Origin: Candidatus Heimdallarchaeum endolithica
GTDB lineage: Archaea > Asgardarchaeota > Heimdallarchaeia > Heimdallarchaeales > Heimdallarchaeaceae
Assembly: GCA_021513715.1 (NCBI GenBank)
Contig: CP084167.1
Coordinates: forward strand, 1,472,001-1,536,000
Direction of reading: 5' to 3'
DNA length: 64,000 bases
In this document: in pieces, positions 47,056 to 56,096 of the stretch
Layout of the letters: every line of letters begins with the position of its first letter
Numbering within the stretch: position 1 is the stretch's first letter
Position numbers and translations under genes: made by a program
Notes under the pieces: model-generated
Databases searched by the model: none
What the model saw: only the letters and a program-made list of their open reading frames with translations
Told to the model about the DNA's origin: nothing

Positions 47056-48150
47056 ATGACATCTGTACAAAAAATAACCTGGAACAAGGAAGAAATAAAG
47101 TTAGTTGCCGACTATTTAGTTAAAATAGCTAGCCAATCTAAAGAAGATAAAATAGATCTTCCAACAAAGAGTGAAACACTAAAACATGAAAAAATTGTTG
47201 AAGAAGCAAAAATTGGTATTGCAGAAGCATTAATAACAAAAGAAATTAATGAAGAAGCTTTAGTAGAAGATCAGAAAATAAAAGAAATAATGGAATTTTC
47301 ACAAATCCCACAACCAAAGACTGTAGAGAGAGTAGAAAAACAAGAAATAGAAAAAATAGGCGTTCTTGAAGAAAGACAAATAGAGTTTGAAGAAGAGAAA
47401 ATAGAAATTGAAGAAATGGGAGAAATAACTATTGATGAGAGAAAAATAGAAGAACCAGTTGTAGAAGAAAAAATAGAAGAACCAGTTGTAGAAGAAAAAA
47501 TAGGGTCAAACATTTTATCTCTAGCTAAAGAGATAGGTCAAGCTCTAACAAAAACAGAAAAAACTGAAGACATGTCGATTATTAAGAAAATAGAAACTGA
47601 AGATTTGTCAGCAGAAGTAGTCACAGAGCCGATCTTGGACAAACCAGTCGAGATTAGGCCAGAAGACTTCCCAGAAGATATAAGAGATATTGCTCTAGAA
47701 GAAATACCAGCTAAATCAGAAAAAGTAGAAATAAAACAAGAAACAAAAGAAGAAATACCAGCTAAACCAGAAAAAGTAGAAATAAAACAAGAAACAAAAG
47801 AAGAAATACCAGCTAAACCAGAAAAAGTAGAAATAAAACAAGAAACAAAAGAAGAAATACCAGCTAAATCAGAAAAAGTAGAAATAAAACAAGAAACAAA
47901 AGAAGAAATACCAGCTAAACCAGAAAAACAACTTACAGAAGAACAAATTAGAGCTAAAAAGCGAGAAGAAATAATTCAAAAAATGCTTGCAGAAACAAAA
48001 AAGAGAGAACAAGAAGCTGGTGTAAAAGTATATGACATGGGAGAAACAGCAGGAAAGAAGTATTCAGCTGTAATTATTGGTCAGGAATCATCAAAAAACA
48101 TTAAAAAATGGAAGAAAGTAACTAAAAAGAAAAAAAAGAGTAAAAAATAA
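47056..48150 (+). CDS. Glu/Lys-rich low-complexity protein with internal tandem repeats
   Basis: 364 aa, mostly E/K/I; 17-aa and 9-aa repeats; basic C-terminal tail; GTGAGG SD upstream. Confidence 0.7.
   Translation: MTSVQKITWNKEEIKLVADYLVKIASQSKEDKIDLPTKSETLKHEKIVEEAKIGIAEALITKEINEEALVEDQKIKEIMEFSQIPQPKTVERVEKQEIEKIGVLEERQIEFEEEKIEIEEMGEITIDERKIEEPVVEEKIEEPVVEEKIGSNILSLAKEIGQALTKTEKTEDMSIIKKIETEDLSAEVVTEPILDKPVEIRPEDFPEDIRDIALEEIPAKSEKVEIKQETKEEIPAKPEKVEIKQETKEEIPAKPEKVEIKQETKEEIPAKSEKVEIKQETKEEIPAKPEKQLTEEQIRAKKREEIIQKMLAETKKREQEAGVKVYDMGETAGKKYSAVIIGQESSKNIKKWKKVTKKKKKSKK
47443..47502 (+). repeat. 27-bp coding tandem duplication (KIEEPVVEE x2)
   Basis: aaaatagaagaaccagttgtagaagaa occurs twice, plus a partial third copy. 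Confidence 0.9.
47698..47928 (+). repeat. 51-bp coding tandem repeat, about 4.5 copies (EEIPAK[S/P]EKVEIKQETK)
   Basis: Units start at 47698, 47749, 47800, 47851 and 47902 (partial) and differ only at one T/C position. Confidence 0.95.
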
Positions 48151-48241
48151 CTTTTTCTCTCAAAAAATATTTTTCACAGTCCTAAAAAAATAAATACTAT
48201 AAAATAAATATAAATAAAGTAGTTGTATTGTTGTTGGATTT

Positions 48242-49300
48242 GTGAATAAAATGGAGGATATATCTGGTGTTAATTGGGATAATTTTGTAGGTTTTTGTAT
48301 TTTCACATTTGAAGAGGAATTAATTTTTGATAGAGTAATAAATACAAAAACATCATTTTCTACTGTTTATCATATCGTTGATACTTCAAATAAAATGAGA
48401 GAAGAACTTAAGAAATCAAAAAAAATGTCAGTTATAAATGATATTTTCAGAGTAGATTATGAAATTATCTTTAATGTTATTTTTGCATTTATGTTTAAAC
48501 CTGAAACATCAGATGAATTTTCGAATTTATCAATAAAAACCATTAAACAGATAATAATCGAACATTTAAAGGACTACGGAGCAATAGACAAAATGGAACT
48601 AGCATCCCAATGCGCTTTAATAAAACGATTGGGAAATCTTATTGCAGAACGAGCTTGTAATCAGATAAAAAATGAATATTTCTCAAAGAGAGCTAAGCTT
48701 CATGAAAAAACTGAAACTCAAGCAACTACCACACAACAACCTGAACCAGAACCAACAGTTAAAGAGACAAAAGAAGTAAAGAAAGAAGATCATCCTAAGG
48801 AGCCACAAGTTCAAACATTAGGTAAAGTTGAAAACCTTTTAGAATTTATAGGAGTTAAGGGAGATGAGACTTCTGAAGGATTTTTAAGTGAAGGAACGAA
48901 GTCAGAGTTAACAGAAAAGTTGTTAGAAGAAACGAAAAGAGATTCAATAAAAAGAGTTCTATCTTCTGTAATAAAAGGACTAAATGAAAAAACGGGTGTA
49001 TGCTTTGTTTACACTGAACAACTTGGGCAACTAGACATTTTATCATATGGAATGTCAGAGAAACATGCTAACTTTGTTCTAGGAATTCTGAGTAAATATC
49101 CAGAGATAATTAAACAAATCCTATCATCAAACAACGAAGAAAAAACCCTAGACGCTGGAGATGGTGTTGTCATTTTAGAAGAAACAGAAAAAGGTATTTT
49201 AGTAAGTATTACTAAATACAAAAAAGAGATACCTACAATTGTCCAACGATTAAAAATGGTTAAAATGCTAATTGAGCAATTCCTAAAAACATCATTTTAA
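48242..49300 (+). CDS. Two-domain protein: N-terminal longin-like domain, disordered linker, C-terminal roadblock-like domain (paralog A)
   Basis: The C-terminal KYPEIIKQILSSNNEEKTLDAGDGVVILEETEKGILVSIT...IVQRLKMVK is shared with the next two genes. Confidence 0.6.
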   Translation: MNKMEDISGVNWDNFVGFCIFTFEEELIFDRVINTKTSFSTVYHIVDTSNKMREELKKSKKMSVINDIFRVDYEIIFNVIFAFMFKPETSDEFSNLSIKTIKQIIIEHLKDYGAIDKMELASQCALIKRLGNLIAERACNQIKNEYFSKRAKLHEKTETQATTTQQPEPEPTVKETKEVKKEDHPKEPQVQTLGKVENLLEFIGVKGDETSEGFLSEGTKSELTEKLLEETKRDSIKRVLSSVIKGLNEKTGVCFVYTEQLGQLDILSYGMSEKHANFVLGILSKYPEIIKQILSSNNEEKTLDAGDGVVILEETEKGILVSITKYKKEIPTIVQRLKMVKMLIEQFLKTSF

Positions 49301-49325
49301 CATCGAAAATGAAAAAGAAAAGTTG

Positions 49326-49913
49326 CTAATTGTTTTCTAATAGAATTGAATTGTTTAACACTACTTGTTGAACATGTTTTAATCGACGGGCTAGTTCATC
49401 TACTGAAGATTTATCTTGAACAATACCAACAAGATAATTGTCTTTTTCACAGTTTTCAAGAACAACATATCCAATTCCAGTATCTAGTACTTTTACTTCT
49501 TCAGTGGAACCTAATAAATCGTTTATTACAGGAGGATATTTTCTAAAAATATTAAGTATCTTCATTACAACTTCTTTATTTAATGGCCCTCTAACAATTG
49601 CTGTTTTTTCTTTACTCTCTATATGTGGAACAAGTGCAGCGGCAGAAAGTGACTTAAGATCATTAGCTATACTGTCTAGCAAGGCATCAATTGTAACTTT
49701 AATTGCTTTTCTTACTTCTTCAGGAGAAGAAGTTTGAGATAAGAATTTTTTCAAATATTCTCCTGATTCAATTTTCTTTTTAGAAACCTTGATAGTATTA
49801 TATGCTATTTCTTCTAACTCTACAAAACTTGATTTTTCTGCAGCTTTTCTTTTTCTAGTGGATATCTTTCCAGCTTGTGATGATTGTTTTTTCGATGGAG
49901 ACATGCATATCAA
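49326..49913 (-). CDS. Roadblock-like domain protein (paralog B)
   Basis: KYPPVINDLLGSTEEVKVLDTGIGYVVLENCEKDNYLVGIV...LARRLKHVQ. Confidence 0.6.
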   Translation of the reverse strand: MICMSPSKKQSSQAGKISTRKRKAAEKSSFVELEEIAYNTIKVSKKKIESGEYLKKFLSQTSSPEEVRKAIKVTIDALLDSIANDLKSLSAAALVPHIESKEKTAIVRGPLNKEVVMKILNIFRKYPPVINDLLGSTEEVKVLDTGIGYVVLENCEKDNYLVGIVQDKSSVDELARRLKHVQQVVLNNSILLENN

Positions 49914-49990
49914 AGAAATAATAACGTCTAACTAAAAAAATCTTTTCCTTTATTTAGTAGGTAAATTTATTAGCACTGATTACTTAATGT

Positions 49991-51010
49991 ATGAATAGGT
50001 TTGGGGTTATGAATAGTTTAGGCTTTCAAGATATCATAAAACCATTAGTTGCAGTATTTACTTATAATATTGAAATTGGAAAAAGTGAAATAAAAGTAGA
50101 AAATGTAAGGACAAATAGAGAATTAGAAGAAATTGAAAGAAATTTTAACAGATTATCTTATGATTTTTTAGAATGGGTAAAAAGATATAATGAAATTACT
50201 ATCTTTAAGGGATCTTTTAGAGCAACATATATTAAATTTTATAATATGCTACTTCTCTTTGTATCAAGGTTAGTGAACTCAGGATTTGAAATAAGGCCAG
50301 TTATTAAAAAATTCTTGAATGAATTTGTAAATAGGTTGGTAGACGACTATATTTCAAAAAATCTCTCAAAATCAAAAATCAGATCTTTCTTAGAGATAGA
50401 AAAATTAGATAAAGAGAACCTAAAGTCTGAAATAGTAAAAACATTTACTAGGATGAAGATAGATCCTTCTCCTTTACTAGAAAAGTTAAGTAAAGAAAAG
50501 AGAGAAGAAGGTATTCAAGAGATTTATATTCAAGATCAGAAAAAAAGAAGAGAGGATATTCTTTCAGAGTATCAAAAAAGTGAACAATTTGAGCTGGTAC
50601 CAAGTGTAAAAAATATACATATGACAGCAGAGATAATTGAATCAGCAAATAAAAAAGCCATTACTTCTTTATTATTTACAGTTATTAAAGGATGTAAATC
50701 TCCATCTGCAGCTGCTTATATTTATCCAATGAAGGGAGGAGCTATTGGAGAACTCTATGCTGGTGATTTAGAAGAACATAAAATCATATATGTTCTAGAA
50801 GTTATTTCAGAACACCAAAAAGCGATAAATGAGATGCTTCATTCGAAAGAAGATCTAAAAATGCTAGATGCAGGAATTATACAAATAATTTTAGAAGATC
50901 TAACAGACGGTAAAATTATAATTGGAATAACAACAAATAAAGACGACGTTTACAATGTAGGGTATAAAATCAAAATTGCTAGATTCATAATAAAACAATT
51001 CGGATTCTAA
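49991..51010 (+). CDS. Two-domain protein: N-terminal longin-like domain + C-terminal roadblock-like domain (paralog C)
   Basis: EHQKAINEMLHSKEDLKMLDAGIIQIILEDLTDGKIIIGIT...VGYKIKIAR. Confidence 0.6.
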   Translation: MNRFGVMNSLGFQDIIKPLVAVFTYNIEIGKSEIKVENVRTNRELEEIERNFNRLSYDFLEWVKRYNEITIFKGSFRATYIKFYNMLLLFVSRLVNSGFEIRPVIKKFLNEFVNRLVDDYISKNLSKSKIRSFLEIEKLDKENLKSEIVKTFTRMKIDPSPLLEKLSKEKREEGIQEIYIQDQKKRREDILSEYQKSEQFELVPSVKNIHMTAEIIESANKKAITSLLFTVIKGCKSPSAAAYIYPMKGGAIGELYAGDLEEHKIIYVLEVISEHQKAINEMLHSKEDLKMLDAGIIQIILEDLTDGKIIIGITTNKDDVYNVGYKIKIARFIIKQFGF

Positions 51011-51073
51011 AGAAAAGAGTTTTTAAAACAACCTATAAGAACATTTTTAGATTTGTGTTTTTCTTTATAATCA

Positions 51074-52114
51074 ATGAAAGAAGGAAAACTACCAATACCA
51101 AAACTTCACGAGATTCTAGAGCTAAAAGGAGCAAAAAACAGTGGTATAATATCTGCAGGAATAGTTGGACATGATGTCGCAGTAATTGATATTCAGTCTG
51201 CTAAAGAACAAGCATATAAATTTTATAACAATGAATCAGACATTTTATTAGTTGAAAAATCAGACCCTATCACTTTTCCAACTCCAAATCCAGGATATTA
51301 CTCTGTAGTAGTAAATTCTAATGATATTGCTTGTTCAGGAGGAATACCTTATGGTTTCTTGATAACAATTATTGCTCCCCCAGACACAACTTTTGAACAA
51401 ATCAAAGTAATTCAAAAAGAAACTCACAAACAATGTAAAGAGTTTAACATTTCTATCCTTGGAGGGCATACTGAAATATCACAATCAGTAAACACGATTA
51501 TTATTTCAGGACACATGCTTGGTTTTGTTCCAAAGGATTTCCTTGTTCCAAATAGCTTATCACCAGGGAACAAAATTATTGCATTGGGTTATTCTGGTAA
51601 AGAAGGAACAAATATATTGATTGAAGAAGTAGGAGAAGCAATATATAAAAAATTTACAAAAAAAGAGATAGCTGAATGGAAAGAAAAAAATTCAGATATT
51701 AGTATTCTTAATATTGCTCTTGAACTAAATAGGTTATTTAAACCGAGATTATTACATGATCCTACAGAAGGAGGTATTTTTGGTGCATTATATGAAATAG
51801 TTGCAACAACAGGATTAGGCATCAAACTAGATAACCTTCCCCCTCTTTCAAACGTTACAAAAAAACTATCGGAATTGTTGAATTTTAATCCTTATAGATT
51901 AATTTCGTCTGGAGGACTAATTATTGCAGTAGAAGAAGAAAAAGCATCAAAGATAATAGAATTCTTAAGGATGCGAAATTATCCTGCGGAAATAATAGGA
52001 ACAGTAATAACAAGTGACAAAAAATTGGTTTATAAAGAAGAAGAACTTCTTCCTCCTGAAGGTGATGATATTATTATAGCTCTAAATAATCTCAAGAAAA
52101 AAAGTGATGAATAA
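51074..52114 (+). CDS. AIR synthase (PurM/HypE)-related protein
   Basis: MKEGKLP, GHDVAVI, DPITF, NSNDIACSG, GGHTE, HDPTEGGIFGALYE and ISSG. Confidence 0.85.
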   Translation: MKEGKLPIPKLHEILELKGAKNSGIISAGIVGHDVAVIDIQSAKEQAYKFYNNESDILLVEKSDPITFPTPNPGYYSVVVNSNDIACSGGIPYGFLITIIAPPDTTFEQIKVIQKETHKQCKEFNISILGGHTEISQSVNTIIISGHMLGFVPKDFLVPNSLSPGNKIIALGYSGKEGTNILIEEVGEAIYKKFTKKEIAEWKEKNSDISILNIALELNRLFKPRLLHDPTEGGIFGALYEIVATTGLGIKLDNLPPLSNVTKKLSELLNFNPYRLISSGGLIIAVEEEKASKIIEFLRMRNYPAEIIGTVITSDKKLVYKEEELLPPEGDDIIIALNNLKKKSDE

Positions 52115-52788
52115 TGGAACAAAAAACTGACTATGATTATGATTTTTGGGGAGCAGAAGCAGAATTAACAAAGATTAAATGGTTTGGGTTAGAATCCATA
52201 AAGAAAGTAAGAATTTCAAAAAAATATAGAATTTCTGAAATTGATGAAATATTAAGAAAAAAACGGACAATCACAGAAGCAAAACTTCTAATTTCAGCAA
52301 AAAAAGCCAAAGTGCAGACTCCTTTTGTATATGATATTGAGACAAAAAAAAGAACAATAATCATGGAATTTATTAATGGAACTAAAGTCAAAGATTTTTT
52401 GAAATCTAAAGAAATTGATAAGAAAGTTAAAAGGGAATTAATGGAAGAGATAGGAAAAAAAGTAGGATTACTTCACTCAAATGGTTTGATCCATGGAGAT
52501 CTAACTACCAGCAATATTCTCATCAAGAATAACAAACTAGTGTTCATTGATTTTGGTTTGGGAAAGTTTTCAAATGAAATTGAAGATAAAGCTGTAGATG
52601 TTCTACTTATGAAAAAATGTTTAACCAGTACTCACGCAGAGGATAATAAGGAATACTTTTATGCTTTTCAAAAAGGATATATATCAACTTATATCAAAGG
52701 AAGTGAAATATTAAAACGTGCTCTAAAGGTCGAAGCAAGGGGAAGACATCTAAAAGAGTCAGATGTAATTTCAGAATACATACTTTAA
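52114..52788 (+). CDS. bud32: KEOPS kinase/ATPase Bud32
   Basis: GAEA, KVRISKKYR, RTITEAKLL, HGDLTTSN, IDFGLG, EDKAVD and ARGR. Confidence 0.93.
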   Translation: MEQKTDYDYDFWGAEAELTKIKWFGLESIKKVRISKKYRISEIDEILRKKRTITEAKLLISAKKAKVQTPFVYDIETKKRTIIMEFINGTKVKDFLKSKEIDKKVKRELMEEIGKKVGLLHSNGLIHGDLTTSNILIKNNKLVFIDFGLGKFSNEIEDKAVDVLLMKKCLTSTHAEDNKEYFYAFQKGYISTYIKGSEILKRALKVEARGRHLKESDVISEYIL

Positions 52789-52796
52789 ATATAGAA

Positions 52797-54101
52797 TCAT
52801 ATTTTTCTAATAATTGGTAACGAATTTATTTTTTTTATTATTTTCCACGTTTCTTCTGCATATTTCTCTTGATGTGTCCAATTACCCTCTATTAATTTTT
52901 GTTTTGATAGTTTTCCTAATTCTTTTCTTATTTTTTTGGAAGTCTTACCAACTGGAGCATTTGCTAATTTTGAACCTGGTAAAGGCATAAAAACATGTGC
53001 TCTAATTTTTGCTCCTATTTTACTAAGAGATTTAATAACTTCGATAGATTGCAATTCATCTGATTCTGTAGCATCTGGTAACCCAAAAATAAAGTCTACA
53101 ATTGGCACAAAACCTGCATCACGGATATGTTTTATTGCTCTTATCCCTTCTTCTACAGAATGCCCTCTATGGTACATTCTTAAAATTTTATCACTCCCAG
53201 ATTGTAACCCTATAGCTATTTTATTATTAGAAACTATTTTTTTTAATTTAGTCATGATGCTTTTAGTAACAGTTTCTGGTCTGACTTCTCCGGGAAAAGT
53301 CCCGAAAAAGACTCTTCTTATTCCATCTGTATTTTTTATTCTTGTGAGTAAATCTATTATTGCCTCTTCATTAATCTCTTTTGGATTTCGAGATAAATAA
53401 CCAAAAGAATTTGGAGTAATAAATCTTATATCATCTAATTTATGTTTTCCCATCCATTGAACAGTCTCCAATATCACATCTGGTGACCTATGTCGTGTTT
53501 TTCTGTTAAATATACTTGGAACTTGACAGAATGCACACCCAAAAGAGCAACCTCTTGTAATTTCCAAGGGCGGAAATAATTTTCTCTTTCTTGAGATCAT
53601 TGGGTAGCTATCTAAATTTATTTGAGGAGGAGAAGGATTAACAATTAGTTTTTCTTTATTTTCAGTTAAATAAGCTATTCCTGGTGTTTTTTCTAATTTC
53701 TCTTGATTTAACCATTTTTCTAAAAAAAGAGAAAATGATAATTCTCCTTCACCGATAAAAGCATAGTCAAATCCAAGTCTTAAAGTGCTCATAGGGTCTC
53801 CAGTAGAGTGACTCCCTCCTGCGATAAACATAATTCTTTTCAAATCTTGAGTTTTTAGGTTAATGTACAGTTCATTCATAGCAGAATATATTTTTTCCAG
53901 TTGTGCAGTTCTAAAGGAAAAAGCAATAATCACTCTATAATATTTTTTTAAGTATGATTGTGTCTTTTTGCTGTCGACATCTGATTCAAGTATAAGATCA
54001 AACCCACAGAGTTTTTCATTTTGGTCTATTGCTGCAACTAGTGGAGTAATACTATAGAAATTCTTTTTCTCAAGACTAAAAATAAGGGCAGAGTTGTTCA
54101 A
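52797..54101 (-). CDS. B12-binding-domain radical SAM protein (TIGR04013-like)
   Basis: IAGGSHSTGDP, GEGE, EITRGCSFGCAFC, RFITPNSFGY, FFGTFPGEVRPE, QSGS and HVFMPLPG. Confidence 0.85.
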   Translation of the reverse strand: MNNSALIFSLEKKNFYSITPLVAAIDQNEKLCGFDLILESDVDSKKTQSYLKKYYRVIIAFSFRTAQLEKIYSAMNELYINLKTQDLKRIMFIAGGSHSTGDPMSTLRLGFDYAFIGEGELSFSLFLEKWLNQEKLEKTPGIAYLTENKEKLIVNPSPPQINLDSYPMISRKRKLFPPLEITRGCSFGCAFCQVPSIFNRKTRHRSPDVILETVQWMGKHKLDDIRFITPNSFGYLSRNPKEINEEAIIDLLTRIKNTDGIRRVFFGTFPGEVRPETVTKSIMTKLKKIVSNNKIAIGLQSGSDKILRMYHRGHSVEEGIRAIKHIRDAGFVPIVDFIFGLPDATESDELQSIEVIKSLSKIGAKIRAHVFMPLPGSKLANAPVGKTSKKIRKELGKLSKQKLIEGNWTHQEKYAEETWKIIKKINSLPIIRKI

Positions 54102-55102
54102 TTTTCATTTCTCCAGTTAACAACTACATCTTCAACTCTATAATGTTGATCAACAATTGTTTCTTTTAGGGGAGTAGAATACCCTCTACTATACATTATA
54201 AGCCCTAACCAAGCGATCATTAATCCGTTATCAATTGCTAAACTAGGTTCTAAACCAAAAAATCTTGACTCATGGGATTCTGCCATAACTTTTAGCATTT
54301 CTTTTAGTCGATTGTTTGAAGCAACCCCCCCACATACTAACACTTCATTTTTTTTGGTATGTGCTAATGCCCTTTCAGTAACTTCAACTAGCATTGCAAA
54401 AACAGTCTCTTGCAAACTATAAGACAAATCCTCAAGAGTATATTCTTTTTTCTTAATCAACTTAGAAATATGTGTTAAAATACCAGAAAAAGACACATCC
54501 ATTCCTTTTATAACATAAGGAATTGGAATATATTTTGTACCCTTTTCTGCCAATAATTCGATTACACGCCCCATTGGAGCTTTTTTATCACTTAAACCAG
54601 CATTTCTTCCAAAAACATCCAAACAATTTCCGACAGGAATATCGATAGTTTCCCCAAAAACACGATATCTACCTTCACTAAAAGCAATTATTTGTGTGTT
54701 TCCTCCTGAAACATACAAAACAACAGGATCCACCATATTCCCTACCAATCGTCCGATTTCAACATGAGCTATAGGGTGGTTTACACCTACTAATGGTTTT
54801 TCGTACTTTAGCGCTAGTGTTCTTGCAGCAACTGCACCTACTCTAAGGCAAGGGCCCAACCCTGGACCTTTTGTAAAAGAGACAATATCTATATCATCCA
54901 TAGTAAGTTTAGAAATATTAAGTGCTTCATTTATCACATCAGGAATATTTTTAGCATGAAATTCAGATGCCTCACGAGGATGAATACCTGAACCTAATGG
55001 GGGTTTGTAGGTTCTTCTGATATTTGCAAGTATTTTTCCATCGTTATCTATTATTCCAACTCCTAATTTGTCAGCAGAGCTTTCAATACCGAGAGATAAC
55101 AT
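54098..55102 (-). CDS. kae1: tRNA t6A threonylcarbamoyltransferase Kae1
   Basis: LGIESSA, GIHPREA, GPGLGPCL, VNHPIAHVE, YVSGGNTQ, GGVASN and DNGLMIA. Confidence 0.96.
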   Translation of the reverse strand: MLSLGIESSADKLGVGIIDNDGKILANIRRTYKPPLGSGIHPREASEFHAKNIPDVINEALNISKLTMDDIDIVSFTKGPGLGPCLRVGAVAARTLALKYEKPLVGVNHPIAHVEIGRLVGNMVDPVVLYVSGGNTQIIAFSEGRYRVFGETIDIPVGNCLDVFGRNAGLSDKKAPMGRVIELLAEKGTKYIPIPYVIKGMDVSFSGILTHISKLIKKKEYTLEDLSYSLQETVFAMLVEVTERALAHTKKNEVLVCGGVASNNRLKEMLKVMAESHESRFFGLEPSLAIDNGLMIAWLGLIMYSRGYSTPLKETIVDQHYRVEDVVVNWRNEN

Positions 55103-55190
55103 ATTATTTACTCACGATAACCACTTAATATTACACTTAAAAAGATATTTCTGTAAAAGTAGGTTAATATTTTAATATTAGAAAGATATT

Positions 55191-56081
55191 TTGAAAATAA
55201 TGAATAGATTCTTTTTGATTATTTATCCTTGGGATTCTATTGATAAAAAAAATGAAAAAAAGAAGAATTTGACAGGTACTTTTCTCATGATGTCGTTATC
55301 AGGAATATATTCATTCATTTTGATAAGTTTAATTTTGAGAAATATATTACCTATAATTTCTAAATCAGAGTATGAGCTTCTAGGTAAAAACAGCATAACA
55401 TTAAGATTCTTAAATTCTGTTTTTTCTAAAGGTTGGGAATTCGCCCTTATTTTTATCTTTTTAGTTATCTCTTATATTCTAATTTATATCTATAACCTTA
55501 ATATTAAACGAACAACCATTCAATTTCTTTTTTCAAAAATAAAAGCTACAAAAGAATACTATGATTCTCTGTATCGTGTGATTGTTATAATTTGTAAAGA
55601 ATTTATTGAAGTCATTTTCATTGCGCTATTTAATTTCATTATTGCAGAAATATTAACTCTTGGATTGGTTTCAATAGTTTCTACGATTGCTATTTCTTTA
55701 GTTCTTAACTCTAGCCTTTCTGTTTATGGTGTAGCCTTAGCTACAGGAATCATTGTTCATATCCTCACTTATCCAATCATGAATGTTTTGTACTTTCTTA
55801 TTCTTATAAAAGAAAAAAAAGAGAAAACAGTTTTCGAGCGTTTAGATCATGAAAAAATAGACTTTGAATTGGAAAATTGGAGAGATCTCACATGGGGAAA
55901 GAAAGGCTATTCTTATGATTGGAAGGATGAAGAATATGCACCTTTCATCTGTCCAAATTGTAATTCCGTTATCTCAAGCAATTTAGTTATTTGCCCAATT
56001 TGTGGTACAAACGTAGTTGAATTATTAGAAAAAATTATTGAAGAAGAACAGCAAAAAGAAGAACAGCAAAAAGAAGAATAA
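55191..56081 (+). CDS. Membrane protein (about 4 TM) with C-terminal zinc ribbon
   Basis: Hydrophobic segments, then CPNCNSVISSNLVICPICG; ends in a duplicated EEQQK. Confidence 0.7.
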   Translation: MKIMNRFFLIIYPWDSIDKKNEKKKNLTGTFLMMSLSGIYSFILISLILRNILPIISKSEYELLGKNSITLRFLNSVFSKGWEFALIFIFLVISYILIYIYNLNIKRTTIQFLFSKIKATKEYYDSLYRVIVIICKEFIEVIFIALFNFIIAEILTLGLVSIVSTIAISLVLNSSLSVYGVALATGIIVHILTYPIMNVLYFLILIKEKKEKTVFERLDHEKIDFELENWRDLTWGKKGYSYDWKDEEYAPFICPNCNSVISSNLVICPICGTNVVELLEKIIEEEQQKEEQQKEE

Positions 56082-56096
56082 GGAAATTAGTTCAAA

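Noticed and set aside
47698-47928. Direct repeats as a possible CRISPR array
   Set aside because: The units are contiguous with no unique spacers, are in frame within a CDS, and no cas genes are present.
51074-52114. Calling this gene hypE, thiL or selD
   Set aside because: It lacks the HypE C-terminal PRIC and the SelD N-terminal Cys/Sec-Lys motif, so it is left at family level.
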